Translations under genes and position numbers: made by a program
Shown here: positions 54,201 through 63,827 of the stretch, in pieces
Layout of the letters: each line of letters opens with the position of its first letter
Position numbering within the stretch: position 1 is the stretch's first letter
The notes under the pieces: model-generated
Databases searched by the model: none
The model's input: only the letters and a program-made list of their open reading frames with translations
Told to the model about the DNA's origin: nothing
Assembly (NCBI GenBank): GCA_014237975.1
Contig: JABACA010000005.1
Location: forward strand, 2,473-66,472
Length of the DNA stretch: 64,000 bases
Direction of reading: 5' to 3'
From: Mariniblastus sp.
Lineage (GTDB): Bacteria > Planctomycetota > Planctomycetia > Pirellulales > Pirellulaceae

Positions 54201-54664
54201 TTGGGATAGGTTGGGTTGAACGCGTCTTACTGGGTTGGCACCCCTTGGAAGCGGTTGTCGTGAGACGTGCCAATATTTTTATTTTGACGACAATGGGGAG
54301 TCCGTTGACAGACGACCGTCTTGCCACCACCACCCCAAGTTACGAGCTGCAAATCTTGATATCATTCCTATTATGCCCACATTTGGGGCAATGTGAAACC
54401 AGAATTAAAACGAGCGAAAGTAATAACGTTCGTTTGCCGAAGCTTGGCAGCGGCAGGTATCGTTTTAGGGAATATTCCGATTGTAGACCATTTGATTGTA
54501 GAGCACTCGGTACAAGAGTTCACCGAAAACCGATTGGGAGCACCGGCAAGCATCCGAATGATTGCCAAATACGTGACGGTAAAACAGGTGTTCTACACGG
54601 TCCAGGCAGATGATGTGCGACCTGGCTGTCGAAAAAATTACCCGTTAACCAGGGACACTTAGAG

Positions 54665-55654
54665 TCAAACGCAGGGAGTCTGGATACTTATTTCCGCCGA
54701 CCACGGCAGCTGATCGCGGTACCAGCGAACACACTGCTCCAGACCTTCATCCAGCCCTGTCGCGGGCTGCCAATTTAACTGCCGATTGGCTTTGGAAATA
54801 TCGGCCCACGTGGAATCGATATCGGCTTTGTGAAACGGCTTGTTTTCTATCCGAGCTGTCTTGCCCAACAGCGATTCAAGTTTTTCAATGATGGTAATGA
54901 GACTGATCGGTTGGTTCCCGCCCCCCAGGTTAAAGATTTCATAGCCGACCGGTTTCAAGGCCGCGATGGTGCCTCGCGCGATGTCGTCGACAAAGGTAAA
55001 GTCTCGGGACTGGGTCCCGTCGCCGAACAGTTCGATCGGCTGTTCCTGGTCGATCCATTTGATGAAACGGAAAATAGACATGTCCGGTCGACCGGCGGGC
55101 CCGTAGACAGTGAAATACCGGCAAATCGAGACATCAATCCCATACAAAAAGTGATGAGAATAGGCCATCAGCTCCGCCGATTTTTTGGATGCCGCATAAG
55201 ACGATATGGGCGTATTAACCGGCAAGTCTTCGGTGAAGGGCATTGACTGTCCCGCGTACAACGAGGATGTGGATGCCAACATGTACTTACCCACGTCATG
55301 CTTGCGCATGGCTTCTAGCAGGTTCAAACTGCCAAGGGCATTGGTCGTCATGTAAACCAACGGGTTTTCCATGCTGTAGCGGACTCCTGCCCGGGCAGCC
55401 AGATTGACGACCGTGTCGAAATCAAACTCCTCGAATAAATCCCCAATGGCATCACAATTTTCGAGATCGATTCCGCGAAAATCGAATCCGGACTGTTTTT
55501 CGAGCTGCTGTAATCGGTGCCGCTTGAGGGAAACGTCATAATAATTATTCATGTTGTCGATGCCAACAACATGCTGCCCCTGGTCGGTTAACAATGCGGC
55601 GACACGCGAGCCAATAAATCCCGCGGATCCGGTAACCAAGATCGACTTTGTCAT
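54665..55654 (-). CDS. NAD-dependent epimerase, UDP-glucuronate 4-epimerase-like
   Basis: ORF 54665..55654. It carries ILVTGSAGFIGS, GIDNMNNYYDVSLKRHRL, AARAGVRYSMENP, the catalytic YAASKKSAE and YFTVYGPAGRPDMSIFRF. These patterns are typical of the GAE/Cap1J group of extended SDRs. Confidence 0.7.
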   Translation of the reverse strand: MTKSILVTGSAGFIGSRVAALLTDQGQHVVGIDNMNNYYDVSLKRHRLQQLEKQSGFDFRGIDLENCDAIGDLFEEFDFDTVVNLAARAGVRYSMENPLVYMTTNALGSLNLLEAMRKHDVGKYMLASTSSLYAGQSMPFTEDLPVNTPISSYAASKKSAELMAYSHHFLYGIDVSICRYFTVYGPAGRPDMSIFRFIKWIDQEQPIELFGDGTQSRDFTFVDDIARGTIAALKPVGYEIFNLGGGNQPISLITIIEKLESLLGKTARIENKPFHKADIDSTWADISKANRQLNWQPATGLDEGLEQCVRWYRDQLPWSAEISIQTPCV

Positions 55655-55772
55655 TTAGATGTTGCCAATAAAAAAATGGTTTGATTAAGGGGCGGCTTTG
55701 CCGCGATCCAAAACGGCCGTCCATTGAAACGGGCCGCGATGATACTTGCCACCTCAGCTACCTGCTGCGGGT

Positions 55773-56534
55773 CTATTGTCTCACGGGTCGTTGCCAATAT
55801 TGCGGCAATTTTGACAGAGGCTTGGAAAATCTCAGCCCCAAGGGTGGTTTCATTCCGTTCTCAATCCAGGCTTGGCGATCACTTCGGTTAGCGGCGAGCC
55901 GGTTCCGCAGGGTCGCGTTGCTCTTGCCACCCAGTCGCATTTTTACCAGGATTTCCGGCACGTAACCAACCTTGATGTTGTTTTTGACCATCAGCCGCAC
56001 CATGCATTCGTAGTCCGCCGCCGAACCAAAGCTACTAAGATAACTGCCCAGTTTCTCGTAAACCGTTTTCCTGACATAGACGGTCGGGTGGGGCGGCATC
56101 CAGCCTCGCTGAAACTTCCTGCGCTCGTAGTCGCCTCCTTTCCAATAACGAACGACACGGCGGGTGTCACTGGCATGGACGTAGACCAGGTCGGCGTAGA
56201 CGGCGTCCCAATCGCCGGACAGGAATTGGTCACCGATTCGATTCAGTGCCTGGGGGTCTGCCAAAACATCATCGGCGTGAAGGAACCCCACGACATCTCC
56301 CGTAGCGGCCCGGATCCCCTTGTTCATGGCGTCATAACAGCCTTCGTCAGGCTCACGGATCCACTTTGAAATTCGCGATTCGTTGCTACGAACAACCTGT
56401 TCAGTGCCATCACTGGACATTCCATCGACAACAATGTGCTCAACGGCACACCCTTGTTGCGCACCAACGCTGTCGATTGCATCCTGAATCGTATTGCGAG
56501 CATTATAAACGGCGGTGATAACAGAAATTTTCAC
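55773..56534 (-). CDS. Glycosyltransferase family 2
   Basis: ORF 55773..56534. MKISVITAVYNARNTIQDAIDSVGAQ, VVDGMSSDGT and the DxD-type GFLHADD are present. Confidence 0.8.
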   Translation of the reverse strand: MKISVITAVYNARNTIQDAIDSVGAQQGCAVEHIVVDGMSSDGTEQVVRSNESRISKWIREPDEGCYDAMNKGIRAATGDVVGFLHADDVLADPQALNRIGDQFLSGDWDAVYADLVYVHASDTRRVVRYWKGGDYERRKFQRGWMPPHPTVYVRKTVYEKLGSYLSSFGSAADYECMVRLMVKNNIKVGYVPEILVKMRLGGKSNATLRNRLAANRSDRQAWIENGMKPPLGLRFSKPLSKLPQYWQRPVRQ

Positions 56535-56668
56535 GGTTTAATCGGGGGCGACATTCAAGGCAGCCGAGAGGATTTTCAACGATCATGGTTTCCTGCCTAA
56601 AAGACCAAATCATCACTTCGCTGCGTGTGACAGGGTTGCTTCAAGACGGTTGCAACCGCAACCGCCGT

Positions 56669-57664
56669 TTAACCAAATCGTTTTTTGAACCAGTCAAGCG
56701 TGATTTCCAAACCGCGCTCAAACTGGGTGTTTGGCTGATAATCAAGGTACTGTTCTGCCAGTGAAATATCAGCCAACGAGTGCTTCACGTCACCTTCACG
56801 AGGGTCCTGATAAACGGCGTCTACCGTTGCGCCCGTCAGCGTTTTGATCGCCTGAAACAACTGGTTAACAGTCACCCGTTCACCGACCGCGACATTATAT
56901 GCCCTGCGACTGGCTCCGGGAGTGGTTGTAAACATGCCTCGCACATTTGCCTGCACGGCGTTCGAAACGAAAGTAAAATCACGGGACTGTTCTCCGTCAC
57001 CGTTGATGAACGGCGGCTGGTTTTTAAGAAGTGCGTCCATGAACAACGGAATAACGGCGGCGTAAGGGCCGTCAGGTTTTTGACGAGGGCCATAGACATT
57101 GAAATACCTCAACCCGACCGTTTCGAGCCCGTAACACCGCCCGAACGTACCGGCGTACACTTCGTTGGTGTATTTGGTGGCCGCATAGGGCGAGAGTGGA
57201 TCGCCAATTTGGGACTCGACTTTTGGCATCTCGGGACTGTCTCCATATACCGATGAACTACTGGCGTAAACGAACCGCTTTACGCCCGCATCTTTGGCGG
57301 CCGTCATCAGATTCAGAAAACCAGTCACGTTAGCCGCATTGGTGGCTAGTGGCGTTTCGATTGACCGGGGAACCGAACCGAGCGCTGCCTGATGGGATAC
57401 ATAGTCGATATTGGCGCAGGCGGTTTGGCAGTCGGATTCATTGGTAATATCAAGTTCTAAAAACTGGACGTTGGGGAGCTCAATGAAATCGGCAATGTTT
57501 TCCAGTTTTCCTTCACACAGGTTGTCCATAATGCGCACTTCGCCAGCACCATGGTGGACCAAGTACTCGACAATGTTTGAGCCGATAAAGCCGGCCCCAC
57601 CCGTAATCAAAAAAGAGCAGTTGGAAATATCTGTACGGTGGAAATTATCGTTATAAAGAGGCAT
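56669..57664 (-). CDS. NAD-dependent UDP-HexNAc(A) 4-epimerase (WbpP/TviC-like)
   Basis: ORF 56669..57664. It carries FLITGGAGFIGSN, HQAALGSVPRSIETP, YASSSSVYGD, YAATKYTNE, RYFNVYGPRQ.PDGPYAAVIP and GDGEQSRDFTFV. Confidence 0.75.
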   Translation of the reverse strand: MPLYNDNFHRTDISNCSFLITGGAGFIGSNIVEYLVHHGAGEVRIMDNLCEGKLENIADFIELPNVQFLELDITNESDCQTACANIDYVSHQAALGSVPRSIETPLATNAANVTGFLNLMTAAKDAGVKRFVYASSSSVYGDSPEMPKVESQIGDPLSPYAATKYTNEVYAGTFGRCYGLETVGLRYFNVYGPRQKPDGPYAAVIPLFMDALLKNQPPFINGDGEQSRDFTFVSNAVQANVRGMFTTTPGASRRAYNVAVGERVTVNQLFQAIKTLTGATVDAVYQDPREGDVKHSLADISLAEQYLDYQPNTQFERGLEITLDWFKKRFG

Positions 57665-57727
57665 GAATATTTGTGAATACCAGTTTCAGGTTGAGGGATT
57701 TGAGCCAAGCTCAACGACAGAAAACTC

Positions 57728-59059
57728 TCAAGCTTTCCAAATCTTATGGCGACCATCTTTGACTTCTTTGGTTGCATTGCGCGTGTCGACAACCAGTTCG
57801 CAATGAGACACCAGAAAATCATAATCAAAAACGCTGTGATCGGTGGCAATTAATGCACAATCCAGACCCGCCAGATAGTCAGCCGTCATTTCGCTGCTGT
57901 CCATCTCGGGCACGTCAAAGCTCCGCATTCTTGGCAGGTGCGGGATGTGAGGATCGCAATAACTCAGCTCGGCGCCGCGCTCGGCCAACAACTCCAGCAG
58001 TTTAAAAGAAGGACTTTCCCGAGGGTCATCTACGTTTTTCTTGTAAGCCATCCCCAGGATGCCAATGCGACTGCCTTTGACAGGCTTGCCTTGGGAATTA
58101 AGGGCTTCGGCAACTTTGTGGACAACGTACAAAGGCATGCTCGTATTAATCTCGCCCGCCAGCTCGATAAATTTGGTCGGGATTTCATGTTTGCGGGCAA
58201 CCCAACTCAAATAAAACGGATCAATCGGGATGCAGTGTCCGCCCAAGCCGGGCCCCGGATAAAACGCCTGGAACCCAAACGGCTTTGTTTTAGCAGCGTC
58301 GATGACCTTCCAAACATCAATCCCGATTTTATCGAACAAGATTTTCAGTTCATTGGCCATCGCAATATTGACACTGCGATAGGTGTTTTCCAGGATCTTA
58401 CAAGCCTCGGCGATTTCACACGAATCGACCGGCACGGTCTTGGTTACGGCCTTGGAGTACATTGCATCGGCAATGTCACGGCTCGGTTCGTCATAACCCC
58501 CAACCACCTTGGGAATGGTCGCGGCCACAAAGTTCTGGTTGCCGGGATCTTCCCTTTCCGGGCTGTAGGCAACAAACAGCTCTTTGCCTATGGCAAGCCC
58601 CGACTTTTCCAAGGCAGGCACCACGACATCTCGGGTGGTACCCGGATAGGTAGTGCTTTCCAATACGATCAACTGACCGGGCCGAGCAACCTGTGCAATG
58701 GCATTGGTAGTTTGAACCACATAATTCAGATCCGGGTCACGGCTTTCGGTCAGGGGCGTTGGAACACAGATCAGGATAGCATCTGGTTCACTCAGTCGCT
58801 GCATGTCGCAGGTTGCTTCAAACTTGTCTTGGTCGACCCACTGCTGCACCATCTGGTTACTGATATGGGCAATGTAGCTTTGGCCAGCATTGAGCGCATC
58901 GACCTTGCTCGGGTCCACATCGAAACCCAGGCACTTGAAACCAGCTCTGAAAAACGCGTCGATCAATGGCAGGCCGACGTAGCCCAGGCCAATCACACCG
59001 ATCAGGGCCGTTTGAGTTTCTATTTTGCTTCGAAGACTTTCAGCGGACGACGACATCAA
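57728..59059 (-). CDS. Nucleotide-sugar 6-dehydrogenase (UDP-GlcNAc/UDP-ManNAc dehydrogenase type; TviB/WbpO/WecC-like)
   Basis: ORF 57728..59059. It carries IGVIGLGYVGLPL, ILICVPTPL, SPEREDPGN, KILENTYRSVNIA and the catalytic FYPGPGLGGHCIPIDP. Confidence 0.85.
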   Translation of the reverse strand: MMSSSAESLRSKIETQTALIGVIGLGYVGLPLIDAFFRAGFKCLGFDVDPSKVDALNAGQSYIAHISNQMVQQWVDQDKFEATCDMQRLSEPDAILICVPTPLTESRDPDLNYVVQTTNAIAQVARPGQLIVLESTTYPGTTRDVVVPALEKSGLAIGKELFVAYSPEREDPGNQNFVAATIPKVVGGYDEPSRDIADAMYSKAVTKTVPVDSCEIAEACKILENTYRSVNIAMANELKILFDKIGIDVWKVIDAAKTKPFGFQAFYPGPGLGGHCIPIDPFYLSWVARKHEIPTKFIELAGEINTSMPLYVVHKVAEALNSQGKPVKGSRIGILGMAYKKNVDDPRESPSFKLLELLAERGAELSYCDPHIPHLPRMRSFDVPEMDSSEMTADYLAGLDCALIATDHSVFDYDFLVSHCELVVDTRNATKEVKDGRHKIWKA

Positions 59060-60225
59060 TTTCTCGATTGGGTACAGGTAAGTTTGCTAACCGTTTCTTG
59101 CAGGATGTTTCGATACAGGATCATTTGTTTTTCAATATCGGGATAGGCATCCAGCTGCTGCTGTCCAAGCTGGCTGAGCGACAAGCACTGATCCGCATGA
59201 TTGGCCGTATCCAGGATTTTGGTTGCTGCATCAAGGGGGCTGGCCGGATCAAAATAGACGGCGGCCTCACCACATACTTCACGTGCAAAATCCAGGTCGC
59301 AGGCAACGATTGGAGTACGGGTCGCCATCGCTTCCAGGTATGTGGCTGAAAAAGTCTCCAAAATGGACGGAACAAAACAAACATGCGCGCCACGGTAGAC
59401 AGCCAAACCCTCGGCAACCGGGACATTTCCCAAGTTGACAATTCGGTTTTCTACACCCAGGCGCTTGGCCAGGGAGTCTACCTTGTGGGCGATCGGGTTT
59501 AAGGCATCGATTGTAATAACGATTTCGAAATTTGGCTCATCTAAATCTTCAATTACCTTACAAATTGACGGTATCCAAAGGTGGCGCTTGTGAGAATAGG
59601 GTGCCGCAAAATAGACAATTCTCAATTTCTGTCCCACTTCGCGGAGGTCGGTCGACTCATTGGATTGGTACCACGGCGCCAGCGCGTTGGGAACGATGTG
59701 AATATTGCCAACCGGAATCCCCGCCCGCGCTGACAATCCTCGCTGCGCTGTCTCGGTTTGCACGATGAAAGTCCGGGCCGTATGAAACCAGCGAAGTTTG
59801 TATCGGGATGCAAGATAGAGACCCAGTCGGTTTCGCCAAGGAGAAACGGAACGATAGGCCTCTCGGGTGCTGTGGGTAACCCAGCCATCGGCCACTCCCA
59901 TTAACTCGGGGACGGGCTGTTTCAGGTAGGACGGCCCGCAAAAGGTGAACACCAAATCGGGCGAGGCGGCGCCAATGGCCTTGACCACTTGTCGGCGCAC
60001 CGCGGGCTTGCGAGCTGGTGATTCAATAAACACCCGTTTCGGGTAAGTCACCAAGATGTTGCGTTGGTCCAGTTCCTGTTGCACTCGTTGCGAGATAAAC
60101 AGTCGCCAATCAAACTCATCCAACGCAGTCGACATGTTCTCAATGAACGAGACAGCGCGCTGTAGCACACCACCCTGTTTCAGGGTGGTCATGTTCAAGG
60201 CGATGACGGGTTTGTTGGGATTCAA
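59056..60225 (-). CDS. Glycosyltransferase family 4 (GT-B, GT1-type)
   Basis: ORF 59056..60225. The C-terminal half has the GT-B retaining pattern (VCFVPSILETFSATYLEAMATRTPIVACD). There is a 4-nt overlap with the downstream dehydrogenase start. Confidence 0.7.
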   Translation of the reverse strand: MNPNKPVIALNMTTLKQGGVLQRAVSFIENMSTALDEFDWRLFISQRVQQELDQRNILVTYPKRVFIESPARKPAVRRQVVKAIGAASPDLVFTFCGPSYLKQPVPELMGVADGWVTHSTREAYRSVSPWRNRLGLYLASRYKLRWFHTARTFIVQTETAQRGLSARAGIPVGNIHIVPNALAPWYQSNESTDLREVGQKLRIVYFAAPYSHKRHLWIPSICKVIEDLDEPNFEIVITIDALNPIAHKVDSLAKRLGVENRIVNLGNVPVAEGLAVYRGAHVCFVPSILETFSATYLEAMATRTPIVACDLDFAREVCGEAAVYFDPASPLDAATKILDTANHADQCLSLSQLGQQQLDAYPDIEKQMILYRNILQETVSKLTCTQSRN

Positions 60226-60251
60226 TTTACAGAAAGTTTGTTTCTAAGGTC

Positions 60252-61079
60252 TCAAGACGACGGGTTTACCCAACTGTTATCGGGTTCGTAACCCAAGGCC
60301 AGCAACGTCTCTCCTTCAAATTCAGCAAAAACACGGCGGGCTTCTTGGTTAAACAGGTTGTGCCAGTCTCCCACAATGCCTTTTCGCTCAAACTGGTGGT
60401 TATCCGACTGTCCCGGTGTGCGCAGTGTGCCAGACCGTCGCTTGGTTCGATTGGCAAACGAGTTTTTTTCAATGGCAGCTTCCAGGTGTTCGCGCGGCAC
60501 GGAGCGTCCTAGGAATTCGGTCAGCAGTCCCAGTTGTTTTACGGGGTCGGTCTTGAAATCTTCGTATTTGGCGTAGCACGCATTTCGGGCAGCAAGCCAT
60601 CGAGTGACAAACTCGCCAAAGCCAAACCGGGGGTGATCCGGTGATGTCAACTGGACTTTTAGGAAGGCGAGAAAATCGTCCTGGGCATCTCGTGCGGGGT
60701 CGTGGCAATACCCGCCGATCGTCAACGGCCGGTGGTCGCGAAATTTTTGGTCGTAATGGACTTTCTTGTGGTAGAACGAAACCATCGCGTCACGCGGGTC
60801 GCGAAAAACGACAATCGCGCGACGGATCATCCGGTGGGGGAGTTTATGGCACTGCACGATCGTGTCGCTGGATAGCAGTCGATCATAAGCGTACTGTGGA
60901 ATGTCCATCGAGTCCTGTAGTAAGTGGCGAATCCATGTGCCGCCACAGCGCGGGTATTCCACCAGGTGGGTGATCCGCAGTTGCCTCCCGAACAGACCGT
61001 TGATGACGCCATTGGTGACCTGGTAATAGCGGTTGGACACCGAAGTGGCCGTCAGTCGTTTCCAGACGTTGTGTTTCAT
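60252..61079 (-). CDS. PAPS-dependent sulfotransferase
   Basis: ORF 60252..61079. The 5'-PSB loop is EYPRCGGTWIRHLL, the 3'-PB region is VVFRDPRDAMVSFYH, and the C-terminal motif is RKGIVGDWHNLF. There is a 4-nt overlap with the upstream GT4 stop. Confidence 0.8.
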   Translation of the reverse strand: MKHNVWKRLTATSVSNRYYQVTNGVINGLFGRQLRITHLVEYPRCGGTWIRHLLQDSMDIPQYAYDRLLSSDTIVQCHKLPHRMIRRAIVVFRDPRDAMVSFYHKKVHYDQKFRDHRPLTIGGYCHDPARDAQDDFLAFLKVQLTSPDHPRFGFGEFVTRWLAARNACYAKYEDFKTDPVKQLGLLTEFLGRSVPREHLEAAIEKNSFANRTKRRSGTLRTPGQSDNHQFERKGIVGDWHNLFNQEARRVFAEFEGETLLALGYEPDNSWVNPSS

Positions 61080-62230
61080 GGCTTTAACACCTGCCGATGC
61101 AGTGCCCCGCTGTAGCCTTGCACAGCATCCAGATAGGCCTTTTCAAGCTGGCCGATTGTTTGTTCCAAATCGAACTTCAGGCATGCCTCCCGAAAAGCGA
61201 CCTCGGCCATCTGCTCAGCTTGTGGACGGTTGGCCATGACCGTGCGGATCGCATTGGCCAAGGCGTCCACATCATGGACCGGCACCACCGTGCCGGATTT
61301 TCCATTTTCAATGACTTCGGCTACCGGCTTGATGTCAGCGGCGATAATCGGGACTTCGCACAGTGCGGCTTCAATGACCGCGTTAGGCAGTCCCTCTGAC
61401 TCGGAGGGAAACGCGAACAGGTCAGCAGCCCGCACGAGCGGAATGACGTCTTCCCGTGTTCCAAGAAACTGTACGTGATTGCCTAAACCGAGCTGACCCG
61501 TTTTTTGCATCAATGATTCGCGGCAAGGTCCATCGCCCACGATGAGCACTTGAAAATCGTTTCCGGCGCGATCGATTTTTGCACAGGCTTCGAGTAGATC
61601 GACGTGCCGCTTGGTTTCAATCAATCGCCCCACGGTGATGATGACAAAATCGTTTCCACCCAGACCCAGCTGTTGCCGTTGCTGATCGCGACCGGTCGCT
61701 GCGCCAACAGCAGCCAGGTCATGCCCGTTGTATATCAGGCGCAAACGGTGTTCGTCGACGTTCATTGCCCGCCAGAAATCTACGACGCCCTCGCTGTTGC
61801 ACACAATCGGATAGCAGTACCGACCCAACCCATATTTCATCATCGAACCCTGCAAGGGAAGCAATAACTGAACCCCTCCACACGAATACATCATGGGGAT
61901 TTTTGAACGGAACAGGAGCCGGCTGGCAACGGCATAGTATCCTACCGAGGGCAAAAACATGTGTATCAGATCGGCACCGGAATGTTTCAGTTTGCGGGCC
62001 ACCTTAAGCAGGTAAATCGGGTTGAAAGACTTGGGTGCATTGAGGCAAACCGTACTAATCCCCGCCTCGTCCAGCAGTGGCCGGAGATTTTTTTTGGCCT
62101 CGTGAAGGTACCAGACTTCCGGCGCAAATCTTGTTTTGTCAATCGACTTGCAATACTGCACCAGGTTCCGCTCTGTGCCGCCATGGCCGAGCGTGGTAAC
62201 GAAACAGATGATTCGAAGTTTTTTAGACAC
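61076..62230 (-). CDS. Glycosyltransferase family 4 (GT-B, GT1-type)
   Basis: ORF 61076..62230. It carries RIICFVTTLGHGGTERN, and the C-terminus has ADLFAFPSESEGLPNAVIEAALCEVPIIAAD (E-x7-E-like). Confidence 0.8.
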   Translation of the reverse strand: MSKKLRIICFVTTLGHGGTERNLVQYCKSIDKTRFAPEVWYLHEAKKNLRPLLDEAGISTVCLNAPKSFNPIYLLKVARKLKHSGADLIHMFLPSVGYYAVASRLLFRSKIPMMYSCGGVQLLLPLQGSMMKYGLGRYCYPIVCNSEGVVDFWRAMNVDEHRLRLIYNGHDLAAVGAATGRDQQRQQLGLGGNDFVIITVGRLIETKRHVDLLEACAKIDRAGNDFQVLIVGDGPCRESLMQKTGQLGLGNHVQFLGTREDVIPLVRAADLFAFPSESEGLPNAVIEAALCEVPIIAADIKPVAEVIENGKSGTVVPVHDVDALANAIRTVMANRPQAEQMAEVAFREACLKFDLEQTIGQLEKAYLDAVQGYSGALHRQVLKP

Positions 62231-62303
62231 TAATGAATGGGTGAAAATACAGGTGTTGGCAACACGTTCAGAAAACGGGCGATCCTCTTGTTCTTATAGA
62301 TTC

Positions 62304-63827
62304 TCAATACCGAACCTTGGGTGCTTCGCTGTTGGGCCGTCCCACCAGCTTGATGCCCAGGATGAATGCAAAAAAGGCGGTGTATATCACGGGATAGCCA
62401 ACGTGCCGTATGAGCAGGCTGGTAATTCCATATCGTCCACAAATCGAGGACACGGCAATCAGGGCGATGAATGCCACTTTCCACAACAGGTTCCTGGAGG
62501 ACCGCGCCTTTTCCGTTACGTATCGATAGAACACGCCCAGGATCAAGAAAAAGATACTGGCCCCCCAGAACCCCACCTCCAGGTAAATATCTCCAAACAC
62601 AGACGATCCACAGCCGGAAACCCGACCAGTCGAACCCTGGATCAGGAAGGTAAAGAGGTGGGACGAACTCGTGTCTGGAGACTGTATGACCCCGAACAGT
62701 TTTCGTCCAAACGGCACCAAGCCAGCCAAGTCGTTGGTTTTCAGTTGCCCCCAATAATAGTCGTGCCGCTCCGGAGCCCAGTCGACAGCCACAAATGCAC
62801 ACAATCCGCTGCCACCAAATGTCTTGGCTGACAATTCGAATGATTTGTCCCAGTGCTCCCTGCCCGCATCATAGAAACCGAAGATCGATCGGTCGTCAGC
62901 CGTGCGGGCAATTTGGGAAACTCCGAACAGCATAAACAGGCCAACCATTGCGAGCAGTCCGGTCTGCAGCTTGATCGGTTTAATAAACTCAGAAACGGCG
63001 GCAACGAACGTTACGATGATCACCAGAAAAAGTGAACGGTCGCCGTGCAGCAGCAAGGCAAATGCGCCCAACAAAACGAGTACCATGTCCAACGCCAACA
63101 GCTTGCGTGTGTTGCTGCGGATGGACGCGCGGGAAAGCACCATGACGGTCACCGAGGCAATGATTAACCCTTGGAAAATCAAAAACACAACATTGGGCAG
63201 AAACCCAAAGGATGAACCACGGTAATTACCCCCCAGGAAAGCCGAACCGATCAGGGTGACAAACAGCGCCAGCAGCAACAAGGAACTACGGGTCATGACT
63301 TTTCCCAGCAGTTGCCAGGCCGCCAGGGTTGCTGGTCGATATTCATTGGACACGGGAACACGACTTCGAATCAAACAGAAGCCGCACTGAAATGCCGCCA
63401 GGCTGGCAGCACACATGGCCAGGGTTTTACAGACCACATCCGGACAGTCGGCTTGCCGCCAATACCAAATCTCATCACCCAGTTCGTAAACACCGGTCAA
63501 CCAGATCGTGATATACAGGAAGTGGACCACGACGTATGACGCGGTGAAGGCCGTTTCCGGAGTAAGCCAGTTGATCGGTCTTGGCTCGCTGAGTTTGCGC
63601 AAGAATACAGTCGCCGAAATCAACGCCACGATCACCAGGATGGCAGCACAATATGAACGGGAAATGGTGTTGGACTCGGGTGCGTTGATGACCAGAAATG
63701 CGCAAACCAGGAAGAAGCAAAAATAGGCAACGGCGAACATCGGGTTCAACCGGTTTGACTTGCGAACCTGTCTTCGTATTAGATCGCTTGGGCCGACAAA
63801 CAATGGTGGATTCCTGTTAGGCTGCAT
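62304..63827 (-). CDS. Wzy-like polysaccharide polymerase / O-antigen-ligase-like polytopic membrane protein
   Basis: ORF 62304..63851. I prefer the start at the ATG at 63827, which overlaps the upstream gene's stop (ATGCAGCCTAA). It has about 12 TM helices and one larger loop, in a glycan locus. The assignment rests on topology and context only. Confidence 0.5.
   Translation of the reverse strand: MQPNRNPPLFVGPSDLIRRQVRKSNRLNPMFAVAYFCFFLVCAFLVINAPESNTISRSYCAAILVIVALISATVFLRKLSEPRPINWLTPETAFTASYVVVHFLYITIWLTGVYELGDEIWYWRQADCPDVVCKTLAMCAASLAAFQCGFCLIRSRVPVSNEYRPATLAAWQLLGKVMTRSSLLLLALFVTLIGSAFLGGNYRGSSFGFLPNVVFLIFQGLIIASVTVMVLSRASIRSNTRKLLALDMVLVLLGAFALLLHGDRSLFLVIIVTFVAAVSEFIKPIKLQTGLLAMVGLFMLFGVSQIARTADDRSIFGFYDAGREHWDKSFELSAKTFGGSGLCAFVAVDWAPERHDYYWGQLKTNDLAGLVPFGRKLFGVIQSPDTSSSHLFTFLIQGSTGRVSGCGSSVFGDIYLEVGFWGASIFFLILGVFYRYVTEKARSSRNLLWKVAFIALIAVSSICGRYGITSLLIRHVGYPVIYTAFFAFILGIKLVGRPNSEAPKVRY

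Noticed and set aside
53434-54333. 299-aa minus-strand ORF overlapping the exosortase 5' half in another frame and extending upstream
   Set aside because: Its Arg/Cys/His/Gln-rich sequence has no TM helices or motifs. The exosortase frame has coherent TM topology and catalytic motifs.
54393-54662. 89-aa plus-strand ORF (and the overlapping 65-aa minus-strand ORF at 54371..54568) in the spacer upstream of the exosortase
   Set aside because: It has no signal peptide, TM helix, PEP-CTERM-like tail or other motif. The two ORFs overlap each other and no RBS is evident. They are kept only as part of the intergenic-region finding.
57938-59146. 402-aa plus-strand ORF
   Set aside because: It is antisense to the well-supported UDP-HexNAc dehydrogenase, has no recognisable motifs, and is R/G/H/F-rich.
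62136-62831. 231-aa plus-strand and 190-aa minus-strand ORFs (62230..62802) around the 3' end of the Wzy-like gene
   Set aside because: They overlap the coherent 12-TM frame of the Wzy-like gene and have no features of their own.
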